Assembly (NCBI GenBank): GCA_038890745.1
Contig: JAWAFD010000004.1
Coordinates: 65,633-129,632, forward strand
DNA: 64,000 nucleotides
Direction of reading: 5' to 3'
Source: Candidatus Anstonellales archaeon
GTDB taxonomy: Archaea; Micrarchaeota; Micrarchaeia; Anstonellales; J096
The notes below the pieces were generated by a model. That model did no database searches and was not told the DNA's origin. It was given only the letters and a program-made list of their open reading frames with translations. The translations under genes and the position numbers were made by a program. Positions 37,653 to 48,211 of this stretch are shown here, piece by piece (the first letter of the stretch is position 1; each line of letters opens with the position of its first letter).

Positions 37653-37997
37653 ATGGCCCAAGCAGAGTATACCAAAATGTCTGTGAAGGATAGTAATGGT
37701 AATATCTCTATGCTTCCTGGAGTTAAATATACAAATGATAATGGTACTACCTTTTATTTTTTCTTCAACAAAGAAAAAGACGCTGGAGACGCAGTAAAGG
37801 CTTTAAATAACCTAAGCAATTATTTTGGGTCAGATGTTGTTACGGCCATTAAGTTAGATGATACACATTTAAAGCCTCTTGATAGAAAAAAGTTTCAAAG
37901 CTTTGAGCTATTTCTTAAGTGTTTAGAAATAGGACAAGTCGTAACCGGCATGTATTATTCAAAAAAAGACGAACCTACAAAGATTCCACTTGCTTAA
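37653..37997 (+). CDS. Hypothetical protein
   Basis: ORF with GAGGTG upstream; no motif recognised. Confidence 0.6.
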   Translation: MAQAEYTKMSVKDSNGNISMLPGVKYTNDNGTTFYFFFNKEKDAGDAVKALNNLSNYFGSDVVTAIKLDDTHLKPLDRKKFQSFELFLKCLEIGQVVTGMYYSKKDEPTKIPLA

Positions 37998-38006
37998 CAT
38001 TCTTAT

Positions 38007-38627
38007 CTATATTTCCAACCTCCTCTGCAACACGCTCTCCAAAGTTTTCCATTTTTTTCTAATATACTTTTCAGCTTTTTTCAGATTTTCCTTATTCCTC
38101 AAAAACTCAACAGTTTTTTCATCTGAAGGATAGCCGGAGCCAAAGTCTCCAACAATCTTATGTAGTTTTTCTATCTCCCTGTCGCGAGTAATTTTTGCGC
38201 ATATGCTTGCAGCAGCAACAATAGGAAAGTTTTCATCTGCTTTGTGCTCTGCCTCAAATTTAAAAACTCCAAACTTTTCCATCCTTCTTCTGAAAACCCA
38301 CTCATACTTATCCGGCATGTCTATTATTACATTGTGGCATTTTACTTTTTTCATGAGCTCTGCCATAGCTTCGGCTTCAATATCATTCAAGCTCATCTCA
38401 TCCATCAGTTTGTTTATCTTTTCAGCAGGAATTATCTCAACAAAAAAATCGCAAAACTTTTTAAGCTCATCAAAAATTCTTTCCCTTTCTTCAGGAAGAA
38501 GTTGTTTTGAATCCTTTTTACAGAGAGAATTAAGCTCTTTCTCATGCTTTTCAGAGCATTTCGCTAAGCATACAACTAGCGGGCCTATTACAGGACCTCT
38601 TCCAGCTTCATCTATTCCGCAAAACAT
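38007..38627 (-). CDS. rnhB: Ribonuclease HII
   Basis: GIDEAGRGPVIGPL, DSK, AASICAK, GSGYPSD. Confidence 0.95.
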   Translation of the reverse strand: MFCGIDEAGRGPVIGPLVVCLAKCSEKHEKELNSLCKKDSKQLLPEERERIFDELKKFCDFFVEIIPAEKINKLMDEMSLNDIEAEAMAELMKKVKCHNVIIDMPDKYEWVFRRRMEKFGVFKFEAEHKADENFPIVAAASICAKITRDREIEKLHKIVGDFGSGYPSDEKTVEFLRNKENLKKAEKYIRKKWKTLESVLQRRLEI

Positions 38628-38629
38628 AA

Positions 38630-38887
38630 TTAGGACATTATTGCTCTTTTTTCAATTATTACATAGTCCCCGATCGCCATAACGGTTTCATAGGGCACAA
38701 GAACGTTCCCATCCTCTTTTCTCATTCTTTCCGCAAGCATGTTATCTGGGTTTGGCTCTATGATGAGCTCTTCTATCTTTCCGGAAAGCTCATTAATGTT
38801 TATGTCTATTACCCTCCCAAACTCTTCCCCATCATTCGTGATTACCCTCTTTCCTGATAGCTGTCTCGCGAGCAGGTATTTTGCCAT
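38630..38887 (-). CDS. PRC-barrel domain protein (CdpB-like)
   Basis: LSGKRVITNDGEEFGRV..VPYETVMAIGDYVII. Confidence 0.85.
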   Translation of the reverse strand: MAKYLLARQLSGKRVITNDGEEFGRVIDININELSGKIEELIIEPNPDNMLAERMRKEDGNVLVPYETVMAIGDYVIIEKRAIMS

Positions 38888-38927
38888 ATGACCACCAACT
38901 AGAATTCTATTATAAGGTTTTTAAATA

Positions 38928-40055
38928 TTAAGGTTGAAGCCACTCTATTTCGAAGTAACTGTTCTTCCCATTTTCAAGTTCTATCCTTTTTATGTCATAG
39001 TAGGTTACGCTGCTTTCTCTATCAACTATAGCAAGAAGGAGCTCAACCCCGTCCTCCCGGCATTTCTCAAGTGCAGAATAAAGAAAATCACCAGTAATTA
39101 TGGAATCCTCAGATATTGCAAAGAGATAAAACTTTGGTTCGCCGTTTTTTGGGTTTGTTGCAACATTGCCGGCCCTATGATAGAGCATAAAATGGGGTTT
39201 TATATTCTTTGGTTTTTTCATCTCTTTTGGGATTGCCAGGATAAAAGTTTTTTTAACCCCGTGCGCAACCCTTATTGCCCTGCTCCAGTCAGAGGCAAGC
39301 AGTGCAGCCTTTCTCGGGAATACATGAAGAACATGCTTTGAGTGTATCCACTCCTTCTCCTGAGAGGGGTTTACTCCAGGCATGTATATCCTGAAATGGC
39401 TTCCAAACTTGAACCCTGTTTTTACAACATACCCCCTGTCCCTCCACTCCTCATATATCCGGTATATCTCGTTGAAGTATGGTATCCTTTTTTCCCCTTC
39501 TTTAAGAATTTTTTTTCCGTCAACCTCCAAAACCCCTTTTTTCCATAGATAAAGTGCTTCATAGCTATCAAGAACATAATTCTTTCCAAGATGGGAGATT
39601 TTGTACATGCCCAGTTGGCCAAACCAGTGGCTCATATAAAGCTGCTTGCCTGCCTCATAATCATTACATGATACAAAAAAATTTTCTGTGTCAAAACTTC
39701 CCTGCAGTTTCACGGGCGGAAGCTCCAAGCTACTGCTTCGATATGTTTTAACAACCCTTGCTTTTCCGACTTTTTTCTCCTTTTCCGGGAGAGCAACAAG
39801 CCCCCTGTTCCTCCAATCCCTAAAAGCAAAATACTTTGCAAGCACTCCTCTTTTTGCACCTTCCTCAAACATACTAGCAACCGAAACCTCCTTCCCATCC
39901 TTGAAGATTTTGAAATTTCTAATATCAGCAAGAAAAAGTGCTTCGTAAAAAGAGAGGGCCACTGTACCCTTCCTGTTCTCACCAAAAAATCCATTCATTA
40001 GTTTGGTAACCTCTTCAGCATCTGAGCAATAGAACTCCTTTTTCCATTCTATCAT
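38928..40055 (-). CDS. endA: tRNA splicing endonuclease, probable three-unit epsilon-type
   Basis: Two N-type units (LSFYEA, LDSYEA), central catalytic unit KTGFKFGSHFRIY..H..RVAHGVKK, non-catalytic C-terminal unit. Confidence 0.9.
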   Translation of the reverse strand: MIEWKKEFYCSDAEEVTKLMNGFFGENRKGTVALSFYEALFLADIRNFKIFKDGKEVSVASMFEEGAKRGVLAKYFAFRDWRNRGLVALPEKEKKVGKARVVKTYRSSSLELPPVKLQGSFDTENFFVSCNDYEAGKQLYMSHWFGQLGMYKISHLGKNYVLDSYEALYLWKKGVLEVDGKKILKEGEKRIPYFNEIYRIYEEWRDRGYVVKTGFKFGSHFRIYMPGVNPSQEKEWIHSKHVLHVFPRKAALLASDWSRAIRVAHGVKKTFILAIPKEMKKPKNIKPHFMLYHRAGNVATNPKNGEPKFYLFAISEDSIITGDFLYSALEKCREDGVELLLAIVDRESSVTYYDIKRIELENGKNSYFEIEWLQP

Positions 40056-40426
40056 TGTTCCACCACTATACTCCCACCATCATTCTTTACATACACCGTT
40101 CCAGAGAATGTTCCTGATGAGGAAACATCGCATGGGATCTCTTCCTGATGCGTGAGGTTTTCGTACATTCCTTCAATAACAACCGTCTCCTTACCGCTTA
40201 TTTTTATCTCGGTTTTTAGGTTTATTTTTCTACTGTTTCCATCCCCAAGCACGCAGACCTCTTTCATGGCATGAGAAATATCGTTTGCATCCGAAAGGAA
40301 CTTAGCTCTTTCATACCCACTCTGTTGTGCATTGTTTGCATTCGTAAGCACGTTCAAAGAGAATGAAAGTAGGGTTAGAGCAATCAGCGTAATTAATAAG
40401 TACTCTACTGTTACCTGCCCTTTCAT
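40052..40426 (-). CDS. Class III signal peptide protein (type IV pilin-like)
   Basis: MKG^QVTVEY followed by a hydrophobic helix. Confidence 0.75.
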   Translation of the reverse strand: MKGQVTVEYLLITLIALTLLSFSLNVLTNANNAQQSGYERAKFLSDANDISHAMKEVCVLGDGNSRKINLKTEIKISGKETVVIEGMYENLTHQEEIPCDVSSSGTFSGTVYVKNDGGSIVVEQ

Positions 40427-40430
40427 ACTC

Positions 40431-40643
40431 CTACTGGCACACCCCTTTTATGCACTTTCCTACTTTGCAGTCAGCATCACTGATGCATGTTTTTTCCATT
40501 GCACCTATTACCTGAGTTGTTTTGTTCTGCGCAGCCTCACCGCTTGTTTGTGCCGTTTGCAGAAGGTAGTTTGCTGCGATGGCAACGATCGCAAGCACAA
40601 CCGCCAGTAATATTATCATCTCAGCAGATAGCTGTCCCTTCAT
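40431..40643 (-). CDS. Class III signal peptide protein (small pilin-like)
   Basis: MKG^QLSAEM, hydrophobic helix, four-Cys tail. Confidence 0.75.
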   Translation of the reverse strand: MKGQLSAEMIILLAVVLAIVAIAANYLLQTAQTSGEAAQNKTTQVIGAMEKTCISDADCKVGKCIKGVCQ

Positions 40644-40683
40644 AGAAACACCCAATATAATTTTGTGAGTAATATTTTAAATC

Positions 40684-41433
40684 TTATCTTATATAGGAGA
40701 TTTCTCTTTGCTCCCCTCCCATGTATTTCTTTACTTCCTCTTCAATCCGCTTTATCGCAACCTCCCCTTCCTTTGCGACCTTTTCCAGCTCTTCTAAGTT
40801 TATCTTAAATCCAAGATATTTCGAAAGAAGCTCGACAACTTTTTTTGCGCTAGCAGCATCCACATATCCTCCGTGGGTCTCTCCCATTAAGCATATTCCA
40901 TCAATTCTATTGAGGCCTGCAAGCGCTGGAAGAACACCGGCAATTCCGATTATCGAGCCCCTCGCCTCTCCAAAAACCACACCCATTTTTTTGAACTTCT
41001 CAATCATTTTTTTGTTGTTCGCAGCCCCGAAAACTCTTTTCGTTTCTGTTACTTTTCCTGTGCTGTATCCGCCTATTGTTATTATTTCGTTTATCCCAAT
41101 TCTCTTTATATATTTTATAACAGCATCAGCCAGCTCGTACTGGCCTTCAGGTGTCAGTGCCTGCACATCCCCAAGCATAACTACAAATGGCCTTTTGCTT
41201 TTCTTAACAACATAGAAAGAATTTTTCAGCATCCTCATTCCGCCCTTTTTATTCATCAGCACTTGATGGGGGAAGTGCGGCGAGTACAGGTCCGCAATCT
41301 TTTCAGCTTTAAGTTTGTCTACGATGTATTTGCATGCAACCCTACCAACAAGCCCTATTCCCGGTAAGCCGGTGGTGAGAACACCATTTTTCAATTTTAT
41401 TTTTTTCTTTTCTATTATGGTTGTTTCCTTCAT
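40684..41433 (-). CDS. PAC2 family proteasome assembly chaperone
   Basis: GLPGIGLVG, YSPHFP, GDVQ, CLMGET; conserved position after nop10. Confidence 0.88.
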   Translation of the reverse strand: MKETTIIEKKKIKLKNGVLTTGLPGIGLVGRVACKYIVDKLKAEKIADLYSPHFPHQVLMNKKGGMRMLKNSFYVVKKSKRPFVVMLGDVQALTPEGQYELADAVIKYIKRIGINEIITIGGYSTGKVTETKRVFGAANNKKMIEKFKKMGVVFGEARGSIIGIAGVLPALAGLNRIDGICLMGETHGGYVDAASAKKVVELLSKYLGFKINLEELEKVAKEGEVAIKRIEEEVKKYMGGEQREISYIR

Positions 41434-41579
41434 TCTAATCCCCTCTCCATTCTTCTGTATCTTGCGTATCTATCTGAAGGTTTAAAAGGAGGTGGGTGAG
41501 CGCTTTCTGTTCTTTTTCCGCAGTGCATTTCGCTGAGCGTATACTGCCCACATACCATACATTTTCTGATGTATTTCAC
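41430..41579 (-). CDS. nop10: H/ACA RNP protein Nop10 (not in the ORF track)
   Basis: Manual translation from GTG: MKYIRKCMVCGQYTLSEMHCGKRTESAHPPPFKPSDRYARYRRMERGLE. Confidence 0.92.
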   Translation of the reverse strand: MKYIRKCMVCGQYTLSEMHCGKRTESAHPPPFKPSDRYARYRRMERGLE

Positions 41580-42331
41580 TTCTTCACCTTTTCCCAGGTG
41601 AACTCAGCGTCCCTTCCTTTCACACCTTTTTCGATCGTTTCCATAGCCTCCTGTATTTTTCTATTTGCTTTCTTGAAGTCCTCATCCACAACAGTTATGG
41701 AGTACCTTGGTGCTCCAAGATATTTTATCTCGCCGAATTTTTCAGCATCCGCAAGCAATTTTTTTATCAGCTCAATTCCATTGCTTTCATAAACCTTTAA
41801 GTTGAACATTGCCTTAACCCTCGCAACAGGCTTTTTTACGCTCTTTTTTACAATATCTATTATTATTCCCTGTGCCTTTTCTGGAAACTCTATGCCTTCA
41901 AATGCTTTTTTTTCTTCATCAAGAATGGCTACGAGAAAATTATCCAGCGACCCGTATTTTGTCTCTGCCTCTTTGAATATTTTCTGAGCATCACTTTTCA
42001 CTTTCGCTTGCTCCAGCGCCACTTGGATAATTTTTTTTGCCCTATTTTCCTTGTTATACGCTTCAATCTTTTTTCTCTTCTCCTCCTCGCTTACCCTCTT
42101 TAGGGAAACGTCGACCTGACCCTTCGCCTTATCCACCCTTATTACTTTCAGAACAAGCCTCTGGCCTTCAGAAATAAATTCATATATGTTTTTTATCCAT
42201 CTTGGCGCTACTTCGCTCAGATGCAGGAACCCATCCACGTTGTACTCTGTGAGTTCGCAGAATGCTCCATAATCGAGTATTTTTTTTACTTTCGCAATTA
42301 CGAGCTCGTTTTCCTCAGGAAGTTCAGTCAT
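41576..42331 (-). CDS. eif2a: Translation initiation factor 2 alpha subunit
   Basis: S1 domain LPEENELV..YGAF..LHLSEVAPRWI; YLGAPRY. Confidence 0.95.
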   Translation of the reverse strand: MTELPEENELVIAKVKKILDYGAFCELTEYNVDGFLHLSEVAPRWIKNIYEFISEGQRLVLKVIRVDKAKGQVDVSLKRVSEEEKRKKIEAYNKENRAKKIIQVALEQAKVKSDAQKIFKEAETKYGSLDNFLVAILDEEKKAFEGIEFPEKAQGIIIDIVKKSVKKPVARVKAMFNLKVYESNGIELIKKLLADAEKFGEIKYLGAPRYSITVVDEDFKKANRKIQEAMETIEKGVKGRDAEFTWEKVKK

Positions 42332-42491
42332 ACTCTTCCACAACCTCTCCGCCGACCAGAACCCCCTTCCCACCAGTTGGTTCCATCAAAACAGCGTTGC
42401 ATTTTAAGCATCTAACCTGCATGGTTGCATTAGAAAAAACAACCTGCTCGTTGCTGCATTCCTTGCACCTGACTTTCATGAACCTGCTCAT
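42324..42491 (-). CDS. rps27e: 30S ribosomal protein S27e (not in the ORF track)
   Basis: Manual translation MSRFMKVRCKECSNEQVVFSNATMQVRCLKCNAVLMEPTGGKG. Confidence 0.95.
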   Translation of the reverse strand: MSRFMKVRCKECSNEQVVFSNATMQVRCLKCNAVLMEPTGGKGVLVGGEVVEEYD

Positions 42492-42495
42492 TCCG

Positions 42496-42777
42496 TCACC
42501 TCTTTATTTCCACTTTCCTTTTTGTTCTTGTTCCCAAAACCTTTTCATGTGATTTTTTGCATTCTGGGCAGGAGAGGATTATCTTCTGTCTTTTTCCCTG
42601 CTTTTTCACGGTTTTTTCTCCTGCTCTTTTCCCCCCATGCCCTTTCAATTTTTTCTCGTGCTTTCGTGTACCAAAAGAAAGGCTGCTAGCCCTTCCCTTG
42701 CTAGCTATTTTAACAGTATGCACAGTATGCTTCTTGCATTTTGGGCAGTATGTTCTTATCTCTTTTGGAACTTTCAT
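42496..42777 (-). CDS. rpl44e: 50S ribosomal protein L44e
   Basis: MKVPKEIRTYCPKCKKHTVH..CPEC. Confidence 0.95.
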   Translation of the reverse strand: MKVPKEIRTYCPKCKKHTVHTVKIASKGRASSLSFGTRKHEKKLKGHGGKRAGEKTVKKQGKRQKIILSCPECKKSHEKVLGTRTKRKVEIKR

Positions 42778-43286
42778 GCGATCACCTCTTCAGCCAGTTT
42801 TGCTTTTACTAAGGTATTTGCCTCTTCAGATGGAAGCACGACCTCCTCCTTTTCTCTGAATGGCCCATATATCCTTCCATCTGGCGCGGTGTATGCCTCC
42901 ACCTCTTTAAGCACTCTTATTTTTTTTACCCTTTCCTTTTTAACACTTTCTTCTTTTTCTCCGCCTTCGAAATTTTTTCTGTACTCTTCTATCCTCTCTT
43001 TTATTGAATAAAAAAGCTCTTTCTCCTCTTTTGTAAGGTTTTCGCTCTCCACCCCTCTAACTGCAAGAAGCACGATCTTCTCCTCCCTTTTCTCCATTAT
43101 TCTTTTTACTATTCGCTTTACATTCTCATACTCCCTGATGACCATCACCCCCCCGCCGTTCATCTTCACCTCTAGTTCACTCTCATACCTTTTTACATTC
43201 TCATAGAAATCTGGTGGCAGAGGAGTTAGAGATGCCTGCGTAAGCTCCTGTCGCTCAATGTCTCTTAAGGTAGAATAACTTATCAT
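42774..43286 (-). CDS. GINS complex subunit (Gins15-like)
   Basis: LTPLPPDFY, REEKIVLLA, C-terminal B-domain DGRIYGPF..LP; conserved position upstream of rpl44e. Confidence 0.8.
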   Translation of the reverse strand: MISYSTLRDIERQELTQASLTPLPPDFYENVKRYESELEVKMNGGGVMVIREYENVKRIVKRIMEKREEKIVLLAVRGVESENLTKEEKELFYSIKERIEEYRKNFEGGEKEESVKKERVKKIRVLKEVEAYTAPDGRIYGPFREKEEVVLPSEEANTLVKAKLAEEVIA

Positions 43287-43360
43287 CGCTGTGGTTTTGG
43301 ATGAGAATTTTTTTAAATGCTTTGTTTGTTTTTTCGCCTTTTGACTACAAAATAAAAAAA

Positions 43361-45223
43361 TTAGAGTGCCTGGCGGAAAACCGGCCTCCTACTCACTAAC
43401 TTTGGCAAAGAGAGCATTTCAAACGGAAATCCATCATTTTCTTTTTCTATTTTTTTTGCTATCTCCTCTACATCCATCTCTTTCTTTTCGCCGCTCTCTC
43501 TTATTGTTAAAGCCAGCTTACCGCTCTCCACCTCCTTATCCCCGACAACCGCAATGTACGGGATCCATTCTCTCTCTGCGCTTCTTATTTTTTTGCTGAG
43601 TGTTTCTTCCCTATCATCTACATCATACCTAATCCTTCTTCCTTCAAACCTTTTCGCAACTTTTTTTGCGTACTCAAGATGCCTCTCTGAGATTGGAATT
43701 ATTCTGAGCTGGGTGGGAGAAAGCCAAACTGGAAGCATTGCCTTTTCTCCTCTCCCCATTCTCATGGCTTCTTTTTCAAGCAGGGCATAAACAACCCTCT
43801 CCAAACTCCCGCTTAAGCTTGCGTGCAAAATCAATGGCCTTTTCTTCTCCCCATTTTCATCAACGTAGTTTATGTTATATGTTTCAGCATTTTCAACATC
43901 TATCTGCACAGTTGTGAGCGCGCTCGCCTTTTCCATAGAGTCAACGAAATTAAATTCAAATTTCGTTATAAAGTAAGCGTATCTCTCCTCAAAAATCTCA
44001 ACAAGAATGGGTTTCCCTATTTTTTTCACAAGTTTTTTATACCATTCTTTATTCTGTTCATAAAAATCTTTTACAATCCTAAAACCGACCTCGCACTCTT
44101 CAAGCAGCCCAACACTCTTCAGCCACTCCATCCCCTTCTCCAGCTGCTTCTCAAACTCTTCCTTTGCCTGTTCGATGTTTGCAACGAGCGTATGCATATC
44201 CGGCATGGTGAATGCCCTTAATCTTTTCAACCCAGCAAGCTCACCGCTTTGCTCTCTTCTAAAACTATACCTTGTAAGTTCATACATTTTCAAAGGAAGG
44301 TCCTTATAGCTTATCACCATATCATGGCTCATCAGAAACTGACCGAAGCATGCCGCAAACCTCAAAAAATATTCCTTCTCATCGCTCTTTACAACATACT
44401 GCCTTGCTGGAAACCTGTTTAGGTATTTTTTCAAAGCAGGATGTTCGTAATCATACATAAGAGGAGTTTCAACCTCCATCGCTCCATAGCGTATACAGAA
44501 ATCTGTTATCCATCTCTCAAGGAGTTTTTTTATCAGTCTCCCCTTTGGGTACCACCTGAAATTTCCCGGGTCTGTGCCGGGCTCATAATCCACAAGCTCA
44601 TGCTCCTGCATTATTTTTATGTGCGGCGGCTCCTTTTCGTATGCTCTTACTTTCTCAGTTTCATACTTCATAAATTTCTTCAAATTCTCGTGCTTTGCAT
44701 AGTTGAATCTATCAACCGGGATCAATTCGCCATTAATATCCATTATGTAGAATTTGCTTTTCATCTCCTTTTCTTTTTTCAAGGACTCGCTCACCTTCTC
44801 TTCCTTCCTACCAGCCACCTCTTTTATTTCCCTACTAAGCTCGCTAAGAGGATGACCTTTCGCTTTAATGGTGAATGCCTTGTACCATCCAAAAGGAGCA
44901 TGCTTTACAGAATATCCCCTTTCTTTAAGCAACCTTTCGCCCTCATTCAAAACCTCCATTGCAACAGAAGGGCTTGCCGGGTTTGAAGTAAGATGAACAT
45001 ATGGATAGAGAACGATGTTTTTTGTTTTCACCTGCTCAGCAACCTTGCTCACTTCTTCTGCATACTCCCTAGCAATTTTTATACTATCCCCTTTTTCTAC
45101 TGAAGTAAAAACAACGAGGCATTCCTTTTCTTTCAACCCCTTTATTCCCTCCTCTGCCTGTTTTATTGCCTTGCTCTTTGTTTCAACTTCTATATAATCG
45201 CTGTGGATGGTAAGGATTCTCAT
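43361..45223 (-). CDS. thrS: Threonine--tRNA ligase, archaeal type
   Basis: Editing domain [34 protein letters not shown]; start ATG 45223. Confidence 0.95.
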   Translation of the reverse strand: MRILTIHSDYIEVETKSKAIKQAEEGIKGLKEKECLVVFTSVEKGDSIKIAREYAEEVSKVAEQVKTKNIVLYPYVHLTSNPASPSVAMEVLNEGERLLKERGYSVKHAPFGWYKAFTIKAKGHPLSELSREIKEVAGRKEEKVSESLKKEKEMKSKFYIMDINGELIPVDRFNYAKHENLKKFMKYETEKVRAYEKEPPHIKIMQEHELVDYEPGTDPGNFRWYPKGRLIKKLLERWITDFCIRYGAMEVETPLMYDYEHPALKKYLNRFPARQYVVKSDEKEYFLRFAACFGQFLMSHDMVISYKDLPLKMYELTRYSFRREQSGELAGLKRLRAFTMPDMHTLVANIEQAKEEFEKQLEKGMEWLKSVGLLEECEVGFRIVKDFYEQNKEWYKKLVKKIGKPILVEIFEERYAYFITKFEFNFVDSMEKASALTTVQIDVENAETYNINYVDENGEKKRPLILHASLSGSLERVVYALLEKEAMRMGRGEKAMLPVWLSPTQLRIIPISERHLEYAKKVAKRFEGRRIRYDVDDREETLSKKIRSAEREWIPYIAVVGDKEVESGKLALTIRESGEKKEMDVEEIAKKIEKENDGFPFEMLSLPKLVSRRPVFRQAL

Positions 45224-45274
45224 GTACCAAAAATGAATAAAAAGATTTAAATTTGCAACCTCTCCCTTTCCTTT

Positions 45275-46108
45275 ATGAAACCCCAAGTTTTTTTCGCACC
45301 CGCTGGTGTTCCTATCCAGTGCAAGGATAGGAGCACGCTTGGAGGAGTAAAATGTACCGCAGAGCTTGGGCTGAATTCTATGGAGATGGAGTTTGTTCAG
45401 GGAGTAAAGCTCAGCATTGAAAAAGCTAAAGAAGTAAAAGAAACCGCTGAAAAATTAAACATAAAACTAAGCTCGCACGCACCCTATTTCATAAATTTTT
45501 GTAATAGAGATAAGAAGGCAACAACATTTAGAAATCTAGAACAATCCGCAACAATTACGGAGGCATGCGGCGGGTATATTACTGTCTTTCATCCTGGTTT
45601 TTACGGAAAATTAAGCAAAGAAGAAGCATACAGAATTGCAAAGGGTTTGCTGGGCGAGATAGTTGAAAAAATAAAACAGAAAACAAAAAATGTTTTGCTG
45701 GGTGCGGAAACAGTTGGCAAAAAAAGCCAGTTCGGCGGGCTGGATGAGGTAATAAAACTTTCACAGGATGTGGATAGGGTTTGGCCGGTTATTGATTTTG
45801 CCCATATCTATGCGAGGGAGCAGAACCTAAAATTCAGAAGAGAGGAGGATTACATTAAGGTTTTTGATTTGGTGGAGAAAGAAATTCCAGGTTATACGAA
45901 AAGGATGCATATACACTTTTCTGAAATAGAATATTCAGAAGCAGGGGAGAGAAACCACCTTCCTCTTGGAACAAAACATGAGCCGGACTACCGGCCCATG
46001 CTAAAAGTAATAAAAGAGAATGGGTATTCTGCGATGATCGTTAGCGAGAGCCCGAAAATAGAGTTTGATGCAATCAAGATGATGAGGTTTTTTGAGGGGC
46101 TAAAATAA
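45275..46108 (+). CDS. nfo: Endonuclease IV family TIM-barrel protein
   Basis: [28 protein letters not shown]. Confidence 0.85.
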   Translation: MKPQVFFAPAGVPIQCKDRSTLGGVKCTAELGLNSMEMEFVQGVKLSIEKAKEVKETAEKLNIKLSSHAPYFINFCNRDKKATTFRNLEQSATITEACGGYITVFHPGFYGKLSKEEAYRIAKGLLGEIVEKIKQKTKNVLLGAETVGKKSQFGGLDEVIKLSQDVDRVWPVIDFAHIYAREQNLKFRREEDYIKVFDLVEKEIPGYTKRMHIHFSEIEYSEAGERNHLPLGTKHEPDYRPMLKVIKENGYSAMIVSESPKIEFDAIKMMRFFEGLK

Positions 46109-47201
46109 ATTTGTAGAACAGATAAATGACAATCAAAACACTGATAAGTGTGTAGATTACTATATCGTAATTTTCTGTTTCCTTTATCCTCACCTCAAAA
46201 CTATTTTTCTCAATCACATAGTTTTCTGCTTCAAGAAAGTATGTTCCCGCTTCGCTAAGTTTTATTTTTATCTCACCCGCATAGTCCGTTCTCATCGCAA
46301 GTTTTTTTCCTGATGGATAGGTTATTGTTATTTTTTCATCAGGGATTCTTTCTACCCCCCTTCTGAAAACCAATGTTACCCCTTCGTCTTTGAATGCTTC
46401 CCCCACTATCTCAAACTGCGCTTTCTTCACCAAGCCTATTTTTTCATCTGTTATCCTAGGTGGGATAAGCCCCCTCTTTTCTCCCTGTTCTGCCATCTCC
46501 GCGGCGGTTTCATTTATTTTATTTCTCCCTTCAATCATCCCTCTTTTTTCTTCAAGCATCTCCCTTGCTTCTATGAGTGCGGTCGTGTTGTAAACAAAAG
46601 GCCCGCATATCCCATCTAAAACAAGTTTGTTTCTTGTGTTCTGTTGGGAGAGGATGTTTACCTCCATCACTCCTGCTAGCATCTGCTCAAAGTTTTCAGG
46701 CGTGTATGAAAAAGGCCGGACCAGCTCATTTATTCTTCTTGAGTTTGAGGTGAGGTTAAGGATAGCTTCCGCATATTTCTTGCTTTGGTTTCTATGCACT
46801 GCAACAGATTCGCAACTTTGCAAACTAGAACAATTTTGGAAATATTCTGCGCACTCAATCTCGCTCTTTCTACTCTTATCAAAAGCGTCTATTTTTATGA
46901 GAAGGTTTTTTCTAAACTCCTCCATTTCGCTTTCGCTTATTTTTTTAGAGTAATAACTTTTGAGAATTTTTGATATGAGGGTTGCGTTTTCAACAATACA
47001 AAAATTCTCCCCTTCATAGCACACTACGAAAGAGTTTGAAAGGTTTCCGTTCACAATAACAATATAATAATACTTTAGGTCATACGCCACTTCTTCTATC
47101 TCATATGTCTCGTTTTCATAAAGATGGTTGTAGGCATACTCATCCAAGGTTAAAGAAAACGCAAAGGATAGAAAAATAAAAAGGAAAATCCCGCTCCTCA
47201 T
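46074..47201 (-). CDS. Secreted, C-terminally anchored hypothetical protein
   Basis: Signal peptide, Cys cluster, C-terminal hydrophobic helix. Confidence 0.65.
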   Translation of the reverse strand: MRSGIFLFIFLSFAFSLTLDEYAYNHLYENETYEIEEVAYDLKYYYIVIVNGNLSNSFVVCYEGENFCIVENATLISKILKSYYSKKISESEMEEFRKNLLIKIDAFDKSRKSEIECAEYFQNCSSLQSCESVAVHRNQSKKYAEAILNLTSNSRRINELVRPFSYTPENFEQMLAGVMEVNILSQQNTRNKLVLDGICGPFVYNTTALIEAREMLEEKRGMIEGRNKINETAAEMAEQGEKRGLIPPRITDEKIGLVKKAQFEIVGEAFKDEGVTLVFRRGVERIPDEKITITYPSGKKLAMRTDYAGEIKIKLSEAGTYFLEAENYVIEKNSFEVRIKETENYDIVIYTLISVLIVIYLFYKFILAPQKTSSS

Positions 47202-48151
47202 CCTATCCCCTCAAAATCTACTCGGATTCGTTCCCTCCCAACATTCACATAAACTGCTTTTTTTGCTATCACCTTTCCTATCACATGCGCTTTGATTTTG
47301 TGTTTCTTTGATATTTTCATTATTCCATCAACATTTCTTTCATTTGCAACAACCACCATTCCTATACCCATGTTGAATGTTCTGTACATCTCTCTCCAGC
47401 TCCCAATTTTTTTGTACATCTCCAAAAATATTTCAGATGGTTCAATCGCGTTTATTTCAAAACCTTTTCCTAACCTGAGGAGTTTGCTGTATGCTCCGCC
47501 TGTTATGTGCGCAATTCCGTTTGCAAGATTTTTCTCAACAATCTCCATTATCGGCCTTACATAAATTTTTGTTGGTTTTAGCATTTCCTCTCCCCAAACG
47601 TTTACATCCAAAACCTTTCTTGCGAGCGTATATCCATTGCTGTGCAATCCGGAACTTTCGAACCCAACTACAACATCCCCGATCTTTATTTTCTCCCCAG
47701 TGATCAGATTCTCAACTTTTCCGAATGCTGTAAATGCAAGGTCAAATGGTTTTTGCCACCCTTTTATTATATCCGGCATCACCGCCGTTTCCCCACCCAC
47801 GATCTCAATTCCGGCTTCCTCCGCTCCTTTCAACAGGCCCTTTATTATCTCTTTTATGAGCCACTCATCCTCTTCTGCAACAGCCAAATAGTCAACCCCA
47901 TAAAGCGGCCTTGCCCCAACGCATACCAAATCATTTGCATTCATCGCAACCGCATCTATGCCAACAGTATCGAATTTATTTAGCTCCTGCGCAACCAAAA
48001 CCTTTGTGCCCACACCATCAGTGTGCATCGCATAAAGCTCTTTCCCTATTCTAAAAATTCCACCATAATGGCCCTTAACCATCCCACCTATTCTTTCATT
48101 TATCCATTTCTGTATCCCTCTTATTTTTTTTACATCAACCCCGTATTTCAT
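47198..48151 (-). CDS. purM: Phosphoribosylformylglycinamidine cyclo-ligase (AIR synthase)
   Basis: TDGVGTK, GGETA, SSGLHSNG, AHITGG, TFNMGIG. Confidence 0.95.
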   Translation of the reverse strand: MKYGVDVKKIRGIQKWINERIGGMVKGHYGGIFRIGKELYAMHTDGVGTKVLVAQELNKFDTVGIDAVAMNANDLVCVGARPLYGVDYLAVAEEDEWLIKEIIKGLLKGAEEAGIEIVGGETAVMPDIIKGWQKPFDLAFTAFGKVENLITGEKIKIGDVVVGFESSGLHSNGYTLARKVLDVNVWGEEMLKPTKIYVRPIMEIVEKNLANGIAHITGGAYSKLLRLGKGFEINAIEPSEIFLEMYKKIGSWREMYRTFNMGIGMVVVANERNVDGIMKISKKHKIKAHVIGKVIAKKAVYVNVGRERIRVDFEGIG

Positions 48152-48211
48152 AAATTCCTTTCCAATGAAAGCATTTTAATATTTTCCTTTGAATTTTACT
48201 CTGGTGGTGTT

